This document shows, in pieces, positions 49,084 through 58,970 of a DNA stretch of 64,000 nt. This stretch comes from an uncultured bacterium (GTDB taxonomy: Bacteria > Actinomycetota > Acidimicrobiia > Spongiisociales > ZC4RG35), in assembly GCA_963745865.1 (NCBI GenBank), contig CAVUYZ010000003.1, positions 387,407 through 451,406 on the forward strand, read 5' to 3'. The position numbers and the translations under genes were made by a program. Under the pieces are notes generated by a model, which was not told the DNA's origin, made no database searches, and saw only the letters and a list, made by a program, of their open reading frames with translations. Position 1 is the first letter of the stretch. Each line of letters opens with the position of its first letter.

Positions 49084-50166
49084 TCACCAGCTCCGGTCTG
49101 CCTTTTCTACATCGAAGGGCGAAGGTGGGCGGACGATTCCCTTGGTGTCGACGAGGGTGTTGAGCTCGTCGATGAGTCGTCTGAGCCGACCGAAGCTCCG
49201 CCGGTCGAACCAGAGTGCAACGCGGTCGAGGTGCGGGACGTCGTTGTCGCGCGACTCCTGATCGGTGGGAGCGATGACCTCGATCTCACCGTCTACGACG
49301 ATGTCGGCGTAGTCGTTGTTGAGCGCCGCCAGCGTTTCGGCATCGGGACCCTGTTCGAGTCTGAGCACCAGACGCCCACCGACATAGCGCTGGGAGTGGT
49401 AATTGGCGTAGAACGAACAGATGTGATCAGCGGCGACGGCAGGGTCGTGGATCAACTCGAAGAGACTCAGATCGTCGGCGGAGATCAGTCCGCTGTTCAC
49501 CAGTACGCCCTCGAAGAAGTCGATCAGCGGCTGCCAGTATCCAGTCCCCTCGACCTCCATCAGGACGATGGGGTGGAGGTCGCTCTTCCCGGTTTGGATC
49601 AGGGTGAGGAGCTCGAAGGTCTCGTCGAGCGTCCCGAAGCCACCCGGGAACAGGGCGAAGGCACTGGACTCCTTGACAAAGCCCAGCTTGCGGGTGAAAA
49701 AGTACTTGAAATTGACGACCCGGTCGGGGTCGATGAACGGGTTGGCAGATGCCTCGAAGGGGAGGCGAATGTTCACTCCGTATGAGTTTTCGACCCCGGC
49801 CCCCCTGTTGCCGGCTTCCATGATGCCCGGTCCTGCCCCTGTGATGACTCCCCACTCCCGCTCTGCCATGTTTTCGGCGAAGTCCTGGGCCAACGAGTAG
49901 TTGGGGTCGTTGTCCGACAGCCGGGCCGATCCGTACATCGTCACCTTCGGTTCGAGATGGCGGCTGAACACCAGCATCGAGTACCGCATCTCCTTGAGGG
50001 CTGTGTTCACCAGCTTGAGGTCGCCGCGTGTCGCCCCATCGCGATGCAGCTTGAGCGCCGTGGTGACGATCTCCTGGATCAGGTCGGCGTTGCCATTCTC
50101 CGATGCAGCTGTGACCAGCGCGTCGATGGTGGCGTCGAGTTCGGGGTTTCCGGTGTCATATGCCAT
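49084..50166 (-). CDS. LOG/TIGR00730-family nucleotide 5'-monophosphate nucleosidase, long (PpnN-like) form
   Basis: It has GAGPGIMEAGNRGA and PGGFGTLDE motifs. At 360 aa it carries N- and C-terminal extensions. Confidence 0.8.
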   Translation of the reverse strand: MAYDTGNPELDATIDALVTAASENGNADLIQEIVTTALKLHRDGATRGDLKLVNTALKEMRYSMLVFSRHLEPKVTMYGSARLSDNDPNYSLAQDFAENMAEREWGVITGAGPGIMEAGNRGAGVENSYGVNIRLPFEASANPFIDPDRVVNFKYFFTRKLGFVKESSAFALFPGGFGTLDETFELLTLIQTGKSDLHPIVLMEVEGTGYWQPLIDFFEGVLVNSGLISADDLSLFELIHDPAVAADHICSFYANYHSQRYVGGRLVLRLEQGPDAETLAALNNDYADIVVDGEIEVIAPTDQESRDNDVPHLDRVALWFDRRSFGRLRRLIDELNTLVDTKGIVRPPSPFDVEKADRSW

Positions 50167-50194
50167 GGGGGTTGGAGTGTATGGGGGCTGCGGG

Positions 50195-50743
50195 TCACCG
50201 TCGGTCTCCGAGATTCGCTCCTGCGATCGCGCTGATCTCGGCAGGCGTGAGACCGGCCGCTTCGAGGATGTCGGAGAGGATCGAGGTCTTCGCCTGGGTG
50301 TAGCGGGCGATGTCCATCCCGTCCTCGTCGGCGAGTCGAGCCTTCACCTCGGCATAGCGATGACAGAGTTCGGCGTCGGAGCGGAGCGTGTCCCGCACTC
50401 CCAGGTGGTTTCGGAGTGCGAGGGAGTCGTGAAGTGTCACATACACGTTGCGTCGCGGGCTCTTGTCCGGCGCAGACATGGCGTGCCGGTCAGCGATGCC
50501 GAGGTCGCCGAGGTGGCGATAGCCGGCATCGGTCAATGCCTCGATGGCCGGCCGGATGATGTCGGCCTCGACGATCACATCGATGTCGATGATCGGCTTG
50601 GCGGCCAAGCCCGGCACCGATGTGCTGCCGACATGCTCGATTCCGATCAGCGGGACATTTCGCAGAGCGACTTCGAGGTCGGAGCGAACCGACTCGAACA
50701 GCGCCGGCCAGCTCGGATCGTATGCGACGACTTCGAGTGGCAT
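50195..50743 (-). CDS. GrpB-family protein
   Basis: Start at ATG 50743 (MPLEVVAYDPSWPALFE...IEHVGSTSVPGLAAKPIIDIDV). The start lies 1 nt after the upstream stop (TGAgATG). Confidence 0.8.
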   Translation of the reverse strand: MPLEVVAYDPSWPALFESVRSDLEVALRNVPLIGIEHVGSTSVPGLAAKPIIDIDVIVEADIIRPAIEALTDAGYRHLGDLGIADRHAMSAPDKSPRRNVYVTLHDSLALRNHLGVRDTLRSDAELCHRYAEVKARLADEDGMDIARYTQAKTSILSDILEAAGLTPAEISAIAGANLGDRR

Positions 50744-50744
50744 C

Positions 50745-51701
50745 TCAGGCGTAGGCGGGGCCCTTTGGTCCCTTCCGGACGACGGCTGACCAGACCGTCT
50801 CGTAGTGGTCACGGTCGTAGATGTCGACATGGGGGAGCACGAAGGATTCCCAGGCCCGTCGCAGCGGGTCTTCCTCCTTCTCATGGATGATCAACCCCGT
50901 CGGTAGGCGGTCGAGCAGGCTTCGCAGGCTCAGCGGCGTCTCGACCCTGGTGCCGGCATCGGTCGAATCGAAGCTGGCATTGACCTCCACGCCAAGTCGG
51001 GCGATGGCCTGTATGAATTCGTCTTTCATCGCCGGGTAGCGGGTGCGCAGCATGTCTTCGATCTGTTCCGAGCCGGGGAACGACTTCTCCCAGATCACCC
51101 ATCGGTCTGCAAAGGCCTTGTTGAGCGTCTGGGTACCCGCATAGTCCCGGAGGTCGGTCGGGTTCATCGTCCCGAAGATCCTGACATCTGGCCGCAGCGG
51201 CACGTTCTCCCCGTTGGGGAGGTCGATGGCTCCGTAGCGGTCCAGGAGGCCGTGGAGGGCGAACAACGTCTCTGCTCCGGCCGCGTTCAGCTCGGAGAGA
51301 TTGACCAGCGACGGGCCACGCAGGGCGCGGGTGATGTCGCCATCTTCCCAGCGGCTCTCGGTGCCGCCCTTGCCGTCACCGTGGAGTTTCGTCGACCCGA
51401 TCAGGGTCACGTCCCTCACCTCGCCTGTGAGGGGGATCCGGTAGTAGGGGAGACCGAGGCTCGCGGCGAACTGCTCGATGTCGTGGTCCTTTCCTGTGCC
51501 CATGTGTCCGCGCACAGCGAGGTGGAGGGGTACGAAACCCTGTGGGCTCATGCGCCGGACCCGCTCGACCTGGGCGAAACGGTAGAGAACACCGAGATCG
51601 ATGTAGTTCGGGTCGGGGACCGGGATCTTGCGTCTCCGCTGATCGGCGTCACCGATGTCGGGGTCGACGTCGAATTTCTCGAGTTCGATCGGCTCACCCA
51701 C
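50745..51701 (-). CDS. CobS-like AAA+ (AAA_5/MoxR-type) ATPase with atypical Walker motifs
   Basis: The Walker A region is GHMGTGKD followed by HDIEQFAASLGLP, and the Walker B position reads LVNLSE. FGTMNP and DRW motifs are present. The start is uncertain; GTG 51701 is the first start after the upstream stop. Confidence 0.75.
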   Translation of the reverse strand: MGEPIELEKFDVDPDIGDADQRRRKIPVPDPNYIDLGVLYRFAQVERVRRMSPQGFVPLHLAVRGHMGTGKDHDIEQFAASLGLPYYRIPLTGEVRDVTLIGSTKLHGDGKGGTESRWEDGDITRALRGPSLVNLSELNAAGAETLFALHGLLDRYGAIDLPNGENVPLRPDVRIFGTMNPTDLRDYAGTQTLNKAFADRWVIWEKSFPGSEQIEDMLRTRYPAMKDEFIQAIARLGVEVNASFDSTDAGTRVETPLSLRSLLDRLPTGLIIHEKEEDPLRRAWESFVLPHVDIYDRDHYETVWSAVVRKGPKGPAYA

Positions 51702-51729
51702 ACCGGTGGGGTCCGCGAACGTGACTGTC

Positions 51730-53832
51730 TCAGGCACTCGCCTGCTCCTTCCATGAGATCGGCCGCGCCGAGCGCAGCCACCAGGTGTCCATTCCACTGT
51801 GTGCGAGGCTGCGACGCAGCGACGAGCGCACGCCGTCGACCATGGCACGGGCGAGCCCGTCGGGGCTCTCGACGACCTGATGCCTGTGGTAGGCAGCGGC
51901 AACGGTGTCATCGCCGATGCCGATTCCCAGCACGGTCGTGCCGTTGTTCTCGATGTTCTGGACGGTCGTCGTAAGGTTCTCGACCGAGCCTCTCGTCATC
52001 CCGTCGGCCAACACGACCAACACCCGCACATTGGCCCCGAGTCGCCCCATCCGCTCGGCTGCGACGACGAGGTTGAATTCGTCGACGTTGGATGCTTTGT
52101 CGAACATCGAGACAGGCGGCGCTGTGCGGGGGTCTCTCCGAGCGGCGGTGGCAGCCGAGCGGGGCTCGGCCGCCGTGTAGAACATGCCGGCGACCATACC
52201 CTCCGCCTCTCTCCAGCGGCGCTCGAATGGCTTGGCGAGGTAGTGGTTCACGGTGGTCGTGAGCCGTCTGGCCGCGCTTCCCTGCGTCTGGCGGAGCCCG
52301 GCGGTCGCCTGGCTCCGGGTGCGGGTGTAGCTCCATTCGGTGTCGGCCGGGCTGGCCGCGAACGACCGATTGAAGATGGCCACCTCGAAATCGATCTGCA
52401 GTTCATCGCAGAGCTGGGCGAGGGTCCAGGCGCCCAGCAACGCTGCCGGCATCCCCCACGACGACTTGAAGCCGCCTTGGCCAGATCGCGGCTGGAGCAT
52501 CGAGGCAGACCCGTCGACGAGCAGTGAGACGGCGTAGGTGCGCCGAGTGCGGGCGGCGCGTCGCTCGTACATCCTCGTGTAGAGGCCGGCACCGATGAAC
52601 AGTGCCGAGTGGGGCGACACGTCGCCCTGGTCGTAGCCGGACCGCAGTCCCCGTCGCTGATTGGCAGCAAACAACGGGAACAGCTCTCCTGAGACACCCC
52701 GCTGCGCCACGTCCCAGCGTTTGGCGGCTGCGGTGATGGCCTGTCTGCCTTCGCCAGCGAACCGGTTGAATGCCTGCGGCGGCCGGGTGACCACGACCTT
52801 GCCTGCCTGACCGGTGGGGAGGTAGACGGTGGGAGCCTCGGACACTCTGAGTAGTTGATCGGTGGAGGCGTCGCCGGCGATGTCGGAGGCGCCCTTGCGG
52901 TCCGACAGGCCCGCCCTCGCTTCAGATGCGCGTTTCGTCTCGTTGTAGCTCTCGGCATCCCGCACGATCGGTGACCCGAGTCTGACGGTGTCTACGCCCT
53001 GTGCGATGGAGTCCGCATCGACCTGTTGCTGGGCTTTGCGCTGTGCGGAGGTGTGCTCCTCCTGCAGCTTCGTCAGAAGCCCGTTTGCCCGGGCGATCTC
53101 GACGAGCCGGATGGCGCGGTCGCCGACGTCCCACGGATCTGTGAGCCCGCTTGCCTCGGTGATGATGTCTCCTGCGTCGGCCAGGGCCACCGCCGCCTTC
53201 GCATCGATCCGCTTCTCGAGTTGCTCGCGTTCGGCGTAACCGCCGGTCATGAGAAACACTCCGAGTGCGAACTGGGCGAGCGCTCCCGACTCGCGCATCG
53301 CCTCGACGAAACCCGCCCGATAGAGATCCGTCAGCACCGACTGGGCGCCCGGGTACATCGTCAGTCCCTGGCGCTCCTGTCTGGCGTCCTCGAGCGTGAA
53401 GAACATGGTCTCCACCAGTGGTCCGCCCACTGCGTCGAGCGCGCTCAGCAGATCCACGGGGGAGTCGGATATGTCTTCGGTCGTCGATGAAGTCGGCCAG
53501 TGATCGGGGATGGGCCGACGCTCCTCGAGGTCTGTCGAGATGAGGTGCACGACTTCGTGGAGGGCAGAGGCCAACGCGACCTCGCCGGGCGTGACCGGTG
53601 CATTGCGGTTGTATGCAGCCTGGAACAGGCGTGGGTCGCACACGACCTCGTCTGCTGCCGACGTCGATTCGGCCCCGAGTCTCACACGAAGGCGTTGGTT
53701 ACCGGACAGCGTCCGAGCAAACCGGGTGACAGCCGGCGCGACCCGTTGATATCGAGTCACGACATGCTCGATATTGCCCTCTTCGGGCGTCAGCATCTCT
53801 CTCAGGACCGTCGTGTTTCGGGCGCGCATCAA
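51730..53832 (-). CDS. CobT-like vWA-domain protein
   Basis: 700 aa. The C-terminal vWA domain has a MIDAS motif (LLVDGSASM). The N-terminal region is CobT-like (TLEDARQERQGLTMYPGAQSVLTDL) and contains HEVVH at 53545-53559. Confidence 0.75.
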   Translation of the reverse strand: MMRARNTTVLREMLTPEEGNIEHVVTRYQRVAPAVTRFARTLSGNQRLRVRLGAESTSAADEVVCDPRLFQAAYNRNAPVTPGEVALASALHEVVHLISTDLEERRPIPDHWPTSSTTEDISDSPVDLLSALDAVGGPLVETMFFTLEDARQERQGLTMYPGAQSVLTDLYRAGFVEAMRESGALAQFALGVFLMTGGYAEREQLEKRIDAKAAVALADAGDIITEASGLTDPWDVGDRAIRLVEIARANGLLTKLQEEHTSAQRKAQQQVDADSIAQGVDTVRLGSPIVRDAESYNETKRASEARAGLSDRKGASDIAGDASTDQLLRVSEAPTVYLPTGQAGKVVVTRPPQAFNRFAGEGRQAITAAAKRWDVAQRGVSGELFPLFAANQRRGLRSGYDQGDVSPHSALFIGAGLYTRMYERRAARTRRTYAVSLLVDGSASMLQPRSGQGGFKSSWGMPAALLGAWTLAQLCDELQIDFEVAIFNRSFAASPADTEWSYTRTRSQATAGLRQTQGSAARRLTTTVNHYLAKPFERRWREAEGMVAGMFYTAAEPRSAATAARRDPRTAPPVSMFDKASNVDEFNLVVAAERMGRLGANVRVLVVLADGMTRGSVENLTTTVQNIENNGTTVLGIGIGDDTVAAAYHRHQVVESPDGLARAMVDGVRSSLRRSLAHSGMDTWWLRSARPISWKEQASA

Positions 53833-53930
53833 GCCCCCATTGTCTCACATGTGTCAAACCACAAGAGATCGGGTGGCATGGCACGTATGCCGACCGTCGC
53901 CCCGGCCGCCACCGGGGTCGAGGTGTCGGT

Positions 53931-54572
53931 TCACCGGCCGGTGACGACCTCGACGGAGGTGTAGCCGAGGCTCCGGATCAGGTTCTCGATCACGGACCTG
54001 GCCCGCTGGTCGGCACGTTCGAGCAGACCCGAATCCAGAGCCTGTTCGACGAGAACGTCTTCGGCGGCCAGCCGAGCCGCCCGCTCGAGATCGGGGTTGC
54101 CTTTCGTGAACACGCCGGTTTCTCGGTTGTAGACGTGGGTCGCTTCGGTATCGGGCGCGACATAGGTGATCTCGGACGCGGGAAGGTGAACGACCACCTC
54201 GCCTGCCTCGGCGTCGACGAGGATGTCGTCGTCGCTGAGCTGATCGAGATCCACTCCGGCCCCGATGGAAGCGACGACGAACATCGAGATCTGGTCACCC
54301 GTCGCCCAGTTCAACCACCCTCGATCGTCGCCCTTCTCGATGGTCGTGTACTGGATGATCTCGACGGTTGTCAGTTCGGCGATCGACCTGAGTGATTGCG
54401 CAGTCACCGGTCCGAGACGTGTGAATTCGCCTTCTCCGGTGATCACAGCGGTCGCATCGTCGATCCGTGCGGCCGTCCGGACACCGCGTCCAGCGATGTA
54501 GGCGAGCGACCCGATCAAGATCACTGCGGCGATGCCGAGTGCGATGAGGATTCCCTTTGCGACTCGATCCAT
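53931..54572 (-). CDS. DUF4230-like membrane-anchored protein
   Basis: It has an N-terminal TM helix (ILIALGIAAVILIGSLAYIA) and is 213 aa long. Confidence 0.6.
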   Translation of the reverse strand: MDRVAKGILIALGIAAVILIGSLAYIAGRGVRTAARIDDATAVITGEGEFTRLGPVTAQSLRSIAELTTVEIIQYTTIEKGDDRGWLNWATGDQISMFVVASIGAGVDLDQLSDDDILVDAEAGEVVVHLPASEITYVAPDTEATHVYNRETGVFTKGNPDLERAARLAAEDVLVEQALDSGLLERADQRARSVIENLIRSLGYTSVEVVTGR

Positions 54573-54635
54573 GGTGTGAGGCTACCGCTTGGTGCCGGCT
54601 GACGAGAGCGTGCGGAACGGGCCGCAGTCCGTACC

Positions 54636-55895
54636 ATGATGGTGATGCACTATCAGCTCACCACCCTTCCGAATGGGCTCAGGGTGATCACCGAGGACAT
54701 GCCAGGGATCCGCTCGGTGGCGGTCGGGTGCTGGATCGACACCGGCACCCGCGACGAGAACCCCAACGAAGCCGGCGCCTCACACTTTCTCGAGCACCTG
54801 CTCTTCAAAGGATCGGAGCTGCTCCCGGCCCGTCGGATCGCCGAGCGGTTCGACGCGATGGGGGCCGAGTCGAATGCGTTCACCAGCAAAGACCACACCT
54901 GTTTCTGGGCTCGACTGCTCGACGAAGACATGCCCGACGGCCTCGGCATGCTCGCCGAGATGCTCCAGCGGCCGGCATTTCGGTCGAACGAGATCGATGC
55001 CGAGCGTCAGGTGGTCGTCGAAGAGATCAACATGGCGGAGGACGACCCATCGGATCTGGCCTTCGAAGAATTCATGATGGCGGTGTTCGAAGGGCATCCC
55101 CTCGAAGCCCCGGTTCTCGGGACGAGGGAGTCCTTGCGCCGAATGACCCGCGACGACATCGCCGGATACTGGAAGCGTCGGTACGGCGCCGGCTCGGTGG
55201 TGATCTCGCTCGCCGGTTCGGTTGACCACCAGCAGGTCGTCGAGCAGGTGTGGGACCTGTTCGGGGAGTGGTCGGGGGATTCGGTGCCGCACGAGTACGC
55301 ACTCATCCACCCGAGCCCAACCGTGAGAGTGGTCGAACGCGACACCGAAGCTGCCCATGTGATCATCGGTGGAGCCGGCCTCGACCGCGCCGACGAGCGG
55401 CGATGGTCGTTCGAGGTGCTCAACCACGTGCTGGGCGGTGGCATGTCATCGCGCCTGTTCAACGCGATCCGCGAGGAGCGCGGGCTCACGTACTCGGTGT
55501 ACTCCTTCAAGACCGCATATGCCGACGCCGGCGCCTGGGGGGTGTATGCGGGAACGTCACCTGATCAGGCCGACACGGTGTTCGAGCTCATCCAGGCCGA
55601 GATCGACTCGATCGTCGGCGAGGGGATCACCCAGGACGAGCTCGAACGCGCACGCGGAGCGATGCGGGGGAGCCTTGCTCTCTCGATGGAGGACTCGGCG
55701 AGCAGGATGGTTCGCCTCGGCCGAGCCGAGCTCATCGGGTTCGAGCACCTGAGCATCGACGAGCGGATCGAGCGGATCGAAGAAGTCACGCTCGACGACA
55801 TCCGCGATGTCGCCGAAGCGGTCCTCACCGGCCCGAAAGTCATCGGTGCGGTCGGCCCGTTCTCGGCGTCGGATCTGGAACGGCACCTCTCATGA
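54636..55895 (+). CDS. M16-family (pitrilysin-like) zinc peptidase
   Basis: It has the HxxEH motif (SHFLEHLLFKG) and sits in the conserved position upstream of dapB. Confidence 0.9.
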   Translation: MMVMHYQLTTLPNGLRVITEDMPGIRSVAVGCWIDTGTRDENPNEAGASHFLEHLLFKGSELLPARRIAERFDAMGAESNAFTSKDHTCFWARLLDEDMPDGLGMLAEMLQRPAFRSNEIDAERQVVVEEINMAEDDPSDLAFEEFMMAVFEGHPLEAPVLGTRESLRRMTRDDIAGYWKRRYGAGSVVISLAGSVDHQQVVEQVWDLFGEWSGDSVPHEYALIHPSPTVRVVERDTEAAHVIIGGAGLDRADERRWSFEVLNHVLGGGMSSRLFNAIREERGLTYSVYSFKTAYADAGAWGVYAGTSPDQADTVFELIQAEIDSIVGEGITQDELERARGAMRGSLALSMEDSASRMVRLGRAELIGFEHLSIDERIERIEEVTLDDIRDVAEAVLTGPKVIGAVGPFSASDLERHLS

Positions 55896-55905
55896 CGGTG
55901 TCCAC

Positions 55906-56652
55906 ATGAGGGTCGCGGTCTCGGGAGCCACTGGTCGCATGGGTCGGCTCATCGCCGCGGCGGTCGAGGCTGCCGACGATCTGCAGCTCTCCGGTCTGTA
56001 TGCGCCAGGCCATGCATCGGAATCCGTTGCCGGCCATCCGGTTTCCGATCGTCCTGACGTGTGTGAAGGCGCCGAGGTCGTCGTGGAGTCGACGATCCCG
56101 TCGGTGGTGCGCCACAACGTCGAGATGTGGGAAGCGATGGGCGCCGGCGTGGTCGTCGGCACCTCGGGCGTCGATCCCGAAGAGCTCCGCTCGTTGTGGA
56201 GCAGCAGTCGCGGCTGTCTGGTCGTCCCCAATTTCTCGATTGGCGCGGTCCTGATGATGCGGTTCGCCGAGATCGCAGCTCCCTTCTTCTCTGCCTCGGA
56301 GATCATCGAACTGCATCACGACCAGAAGGTGGACGCGCCGTCGGGAACGGCCGACGCAACCGCCAGGAGGATGGCGGCGGCGTCAGACTCACAGGTTCGA
56401 CGGGCCGAGTCGGCGGAGACGGTCGCCGGGGTCCGCGGTGGCACCGTTGCGGGTGTGCCGGTTCACTCGGTCCGGCTTCCTGGCCTTCTCGCCCATCAGG
56501 AAGTCCTGCTCGGCAATCTGGGCGAGCTTCTCACGATCCGACATGATTCCACTGACCGTTCGTCGTTCATGCCCGGGGTTCTTGCCGCGATTCGGGCGAT
56601 GCCGTCCGTCAGTGGTGTGCAGGTCGGGCTCGACGAGATCCTCGGTCTCTGA
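55906..56652 (+). CDS. dapB: 4-hydroxy-tetrahydrodipicolinate reductase
   Basis: Start at ATG 55906 (MRVAVSGATGRMG...). It has ELHHDQKVDAPSGTA. Confidence 0.9.
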   Translation: MRVAVSGATGRMGRLIAAAVEAADDLQLSGLYAPGHASESVAGHPVSDRPDVCEGAEVVVESTIPSVVRHNVEMWEAMGAGVVVGTSGVDPEELRSLWSSSRGCLVVPNFSIGAVLMMRFAEIAAPFFSASEIIELHHDQKVDAPSGTADATARRMAAASDSQVRRAESAETVAGVRGGTVAGVPVHSVRLPGLLAHQEVLLGNLGELLTIRHDSTDRSSFMPGVLAAIRAMPSVSGVQVGLDEILGL

Positions 56653-56686
56653 GACCTCGCCGGTGCCGGTTGGTGATGGCGTGAGC

Positions 56687-57094
56687 TCAGACGGCCGCTT
56701 CGATGAAGAACGACAATGCGAATCCGTAGATGAGAGCGATTCCGATCGCCGAGAGGGCAACACGCGGCACTCCGATCCGGCGCTGTTCTGCAACACGGCT
56801 GGCGGCGAGCGACACGATGATCCAGAGGGTTGCGTCGAGCGGCCACGCAACAGGTAGATCCCCGGCCACGGCGGCGAAGATGCCGGACACCGGCAACGCT
56901 CCGGCGTAGAGGGTGAATCCGACCGCCTCGCATGCGGCATCACATCCGGTCCTGAGGCCGAGTGAGATACCGATCGTTGCAGCGACCACCACGAAGGCGA
57001 CGATGATCGCGAATGCCGCTGCCGCCGGCCGGCAGCCAAATCCGTCTGGCAGCGTGTCCTCTGGGGGAGTTGTGTCTGGGGGCGTGGTGTCCAC
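56687..57094 (-). CDS. Hypothetical membrane protein
   Basis: It has four predicted hydrophobic segments and a TTPPDTTPPED N-terminus. Confidence 0.5.
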   Translation of the reverse strand: MDTTPPDTTPPEDTLPDGFGCRPAAAAFAIIVAFVVVAATIGISLGLRTGCDAACEAVGFTLYAGALPVSGIFAAVAGDLPVAWPLDATLWIIVSLAASRVAEQRRIGVPRVALSAIGIALIYGFALSFFIEAAV

Positions 57095-57142
57095 CGAGAC
57101 GAGGCTAGGAAGCGCGGGACTGGAAGACGCAACCGACTCGGT

Positions 57143-58373
57143 TCACCGACCAAGCGGGAGGAGGGTGATGAAGGTGTCGGTGTCGGTCGTGCTGACCACG
57201 ACGGCTTGGTTGTCGTCCACTGAGATCGAAACGATCGAACCACGGACCGATCCAAGACCATGCCAGGAGCCGTCGTGTCGGATCGAGACGCCGGCAGCGC
57301 CCGATGCCACCGCACCCGACTCCGAGCCTGTCAGGAGAAACGGTCGGATCTCGGCGCCTTCGTCGGTCCTCGACGCGATGTCCGGTTCGGTGATGTTGGT
57401 CCAGCCACGCCCGTCCCATTCCCACAGCGCAGTCGGAGGACCGCCGAAGGCGCTGCTGGACATGACGTATCCGGGTCCGGAGCGGACGATGTCGACCACG
57501 TACTGGTCGCCGACGAGTGAAGCGTCGAGCTGCCCCGACGGCGTCAGCACGGAGAGGTCCTGGCCGAAGTAGAAGGGCCCCAGCACATGAACGAGTACCT
57601 CGTCGTCTCCAGGCGCGACTCGCATCGCCACCGCTCGCTCCGACGGCGCGGGAGGGGTCATGACCGACCACGTTTCGCCGTCGTGGGTCGTCCAGACCAG
57701 CGGCTGCACGCCGGCCTCGGTTCGGGTCCAACCCGAGACTGCGAGCGTGTCGGTGTCTGCGGCGGCGTGTTGAATCCCGGTCGAGCCCTCGTATTGCGGC
57801 ACATCGGGGGTAGCGAGCGCTCCCGGAAGCCGCGCTCCGCCATCGGCGGATCCGATGTCTACGCGATTCCAGTCCAGGCCGTCCTTCGACGTCAGGGCTG
57901 ATCCGACGCCGAGTTCCGTGGAGGCGTCTCCCACCAGGAACGCCCAGAAGCGCCCCTTCCACCACAGAATCGCCGAAACGTCGAAGAAGCCGCCGATACC
58001 CGGAGCGATCAGAGGTGATGTCGGTCGCGGTGGTCGCAGTCGCCGTATGGGTCACGAGTTGCTGGGCTTCAGACTTCTGAGCTTCGTATGTCACCAGGGT
58101 GTCGTTGCCGACCGCCATCGGGAGGTAGTCAGCCACAACCAGACCGGGGAGGGTCAGGTCAGGTTCGGCGATCTCGGTGACTCCCGACGGGTCGCTCGTC
58201 TGATCGGTGGTTGCCGGGGCCGCGGTCTGCGATGTCGATCCGGATGATGTGGTCGGCGTCGACGAAGATGTTGACGGCTGGAGATCGTCGGTTCGGCGAT
58301 CTGGTCCTTCGCCGGTGAGCGAACACCCTGCGACCAGCGCGGATACGATCAGAATCGTCGTGGTCGTCCTCAT
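57143..58373 (-). pseudogene. BNR/Asp-box repeat (beta-propeller-like) lipoprotein; one apparent frameshift at about 58010-58030
   Basis: It has a lipoprotein signal (MRTTTTILIVSALVAGCS). After ...TATATTATDITS the sensible frame switches to PLIAPGIGGFFDVSAILWW...SKDGLDWNR...THDGETWSV... The Arg-rich tail of the 427-aa track ORF is out of frame. Confidence 0.7.
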
Positions 58374-58410
58374 ATCAGTGTGACGCACGACTCGGCCGAA
58401 CGGTTCCGGC

Positions 58411-58920
58411 TCAGCTCTCGGTGATTGTGACTGTCTCCATCACCGCGTCGGTGGCCGGCTTGTCGGATCGGTCCGTGTCGAGGGCTGCGATTGCATCGAC
58501 TGCATCCATTCCGGCAGTGACCCGTCCGAAAATCGTGTAGCTGTGCGGCAGCGGTGCGTCACCATGGCAGATGAAGAACTGGCTCCCGTTGGTGTTCGGT
58601 CCGGCATTCGCCATCGCCACGGTTCCGCGGCTGTAATCGCCGGCTCCCTCGAGCTCGTCTCGGAAGCGGTACCCCGGCCCGCCCCGACCGGTCCCGGTCG
58701 GGTCACCGCCCTGGATCATGAATCCCGAGATCACCCGATGGAAGATCACGCCGTCGTAGAACCCGTCGCGTGCCAGTGCGACGAAGTTGTTGACGGCCTG
58801 GGGAGAGCGTTCCCTGAGGAGTTCGATCTCGATCGTGCCATGATTCGTCTCGATCGTTGCCGAGTACTCCGTGTCGAGATCGATCGTGAAATCGGGCGGC
58901 GAGTCGTAGCTCTTGGGCAT
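58411..58920 (-). CDS. Cyclophilin-type peptidyl-prolyl cis-trans isomerase
   Basis: It has FHRVISGFMIQGGDP and SQFFI motifs. Confidence 0.9.
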   Translation of the reverse strand: MPKSYDSPPDFTIDLDTEYSATIETNHGTIEIELLRERSPQAVNNFVALARDGFYDGVIFHRVISGFMIQGGDPTGTGRGGPGYRFRDELEGAGDYSRGTVAMANAGPNTNGSQFFICHGDAPLPHSYTIFGRVTAGMDAVDAIAALDTDRSDKPATDAVMETVTITES

Positions 58921-58970
58921 GCGGGTTGGTTCCTTCGTCGGCGACCGTCTCAGCGTAGGAGAAGGGCGGG

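Noticed and set aside
50745-53832. Annotating the AAA+/vWA pair as the cobaltochelatase CobS/CobT of B12 synthesis.
   Set aside because: No cobN or other cob genes are nearby, and the Walker motifs are atypical. Only the family resemblance is retained.
57105-57142. Extension of the lipoprotein ORF to 57105, with the Arg-rich 300-aa tail of the 427-aa track ORF.
   Set aside because: This is out-of-frame read-through after the frameshift near 58020. The BNR-repeat frame ends at 57143.
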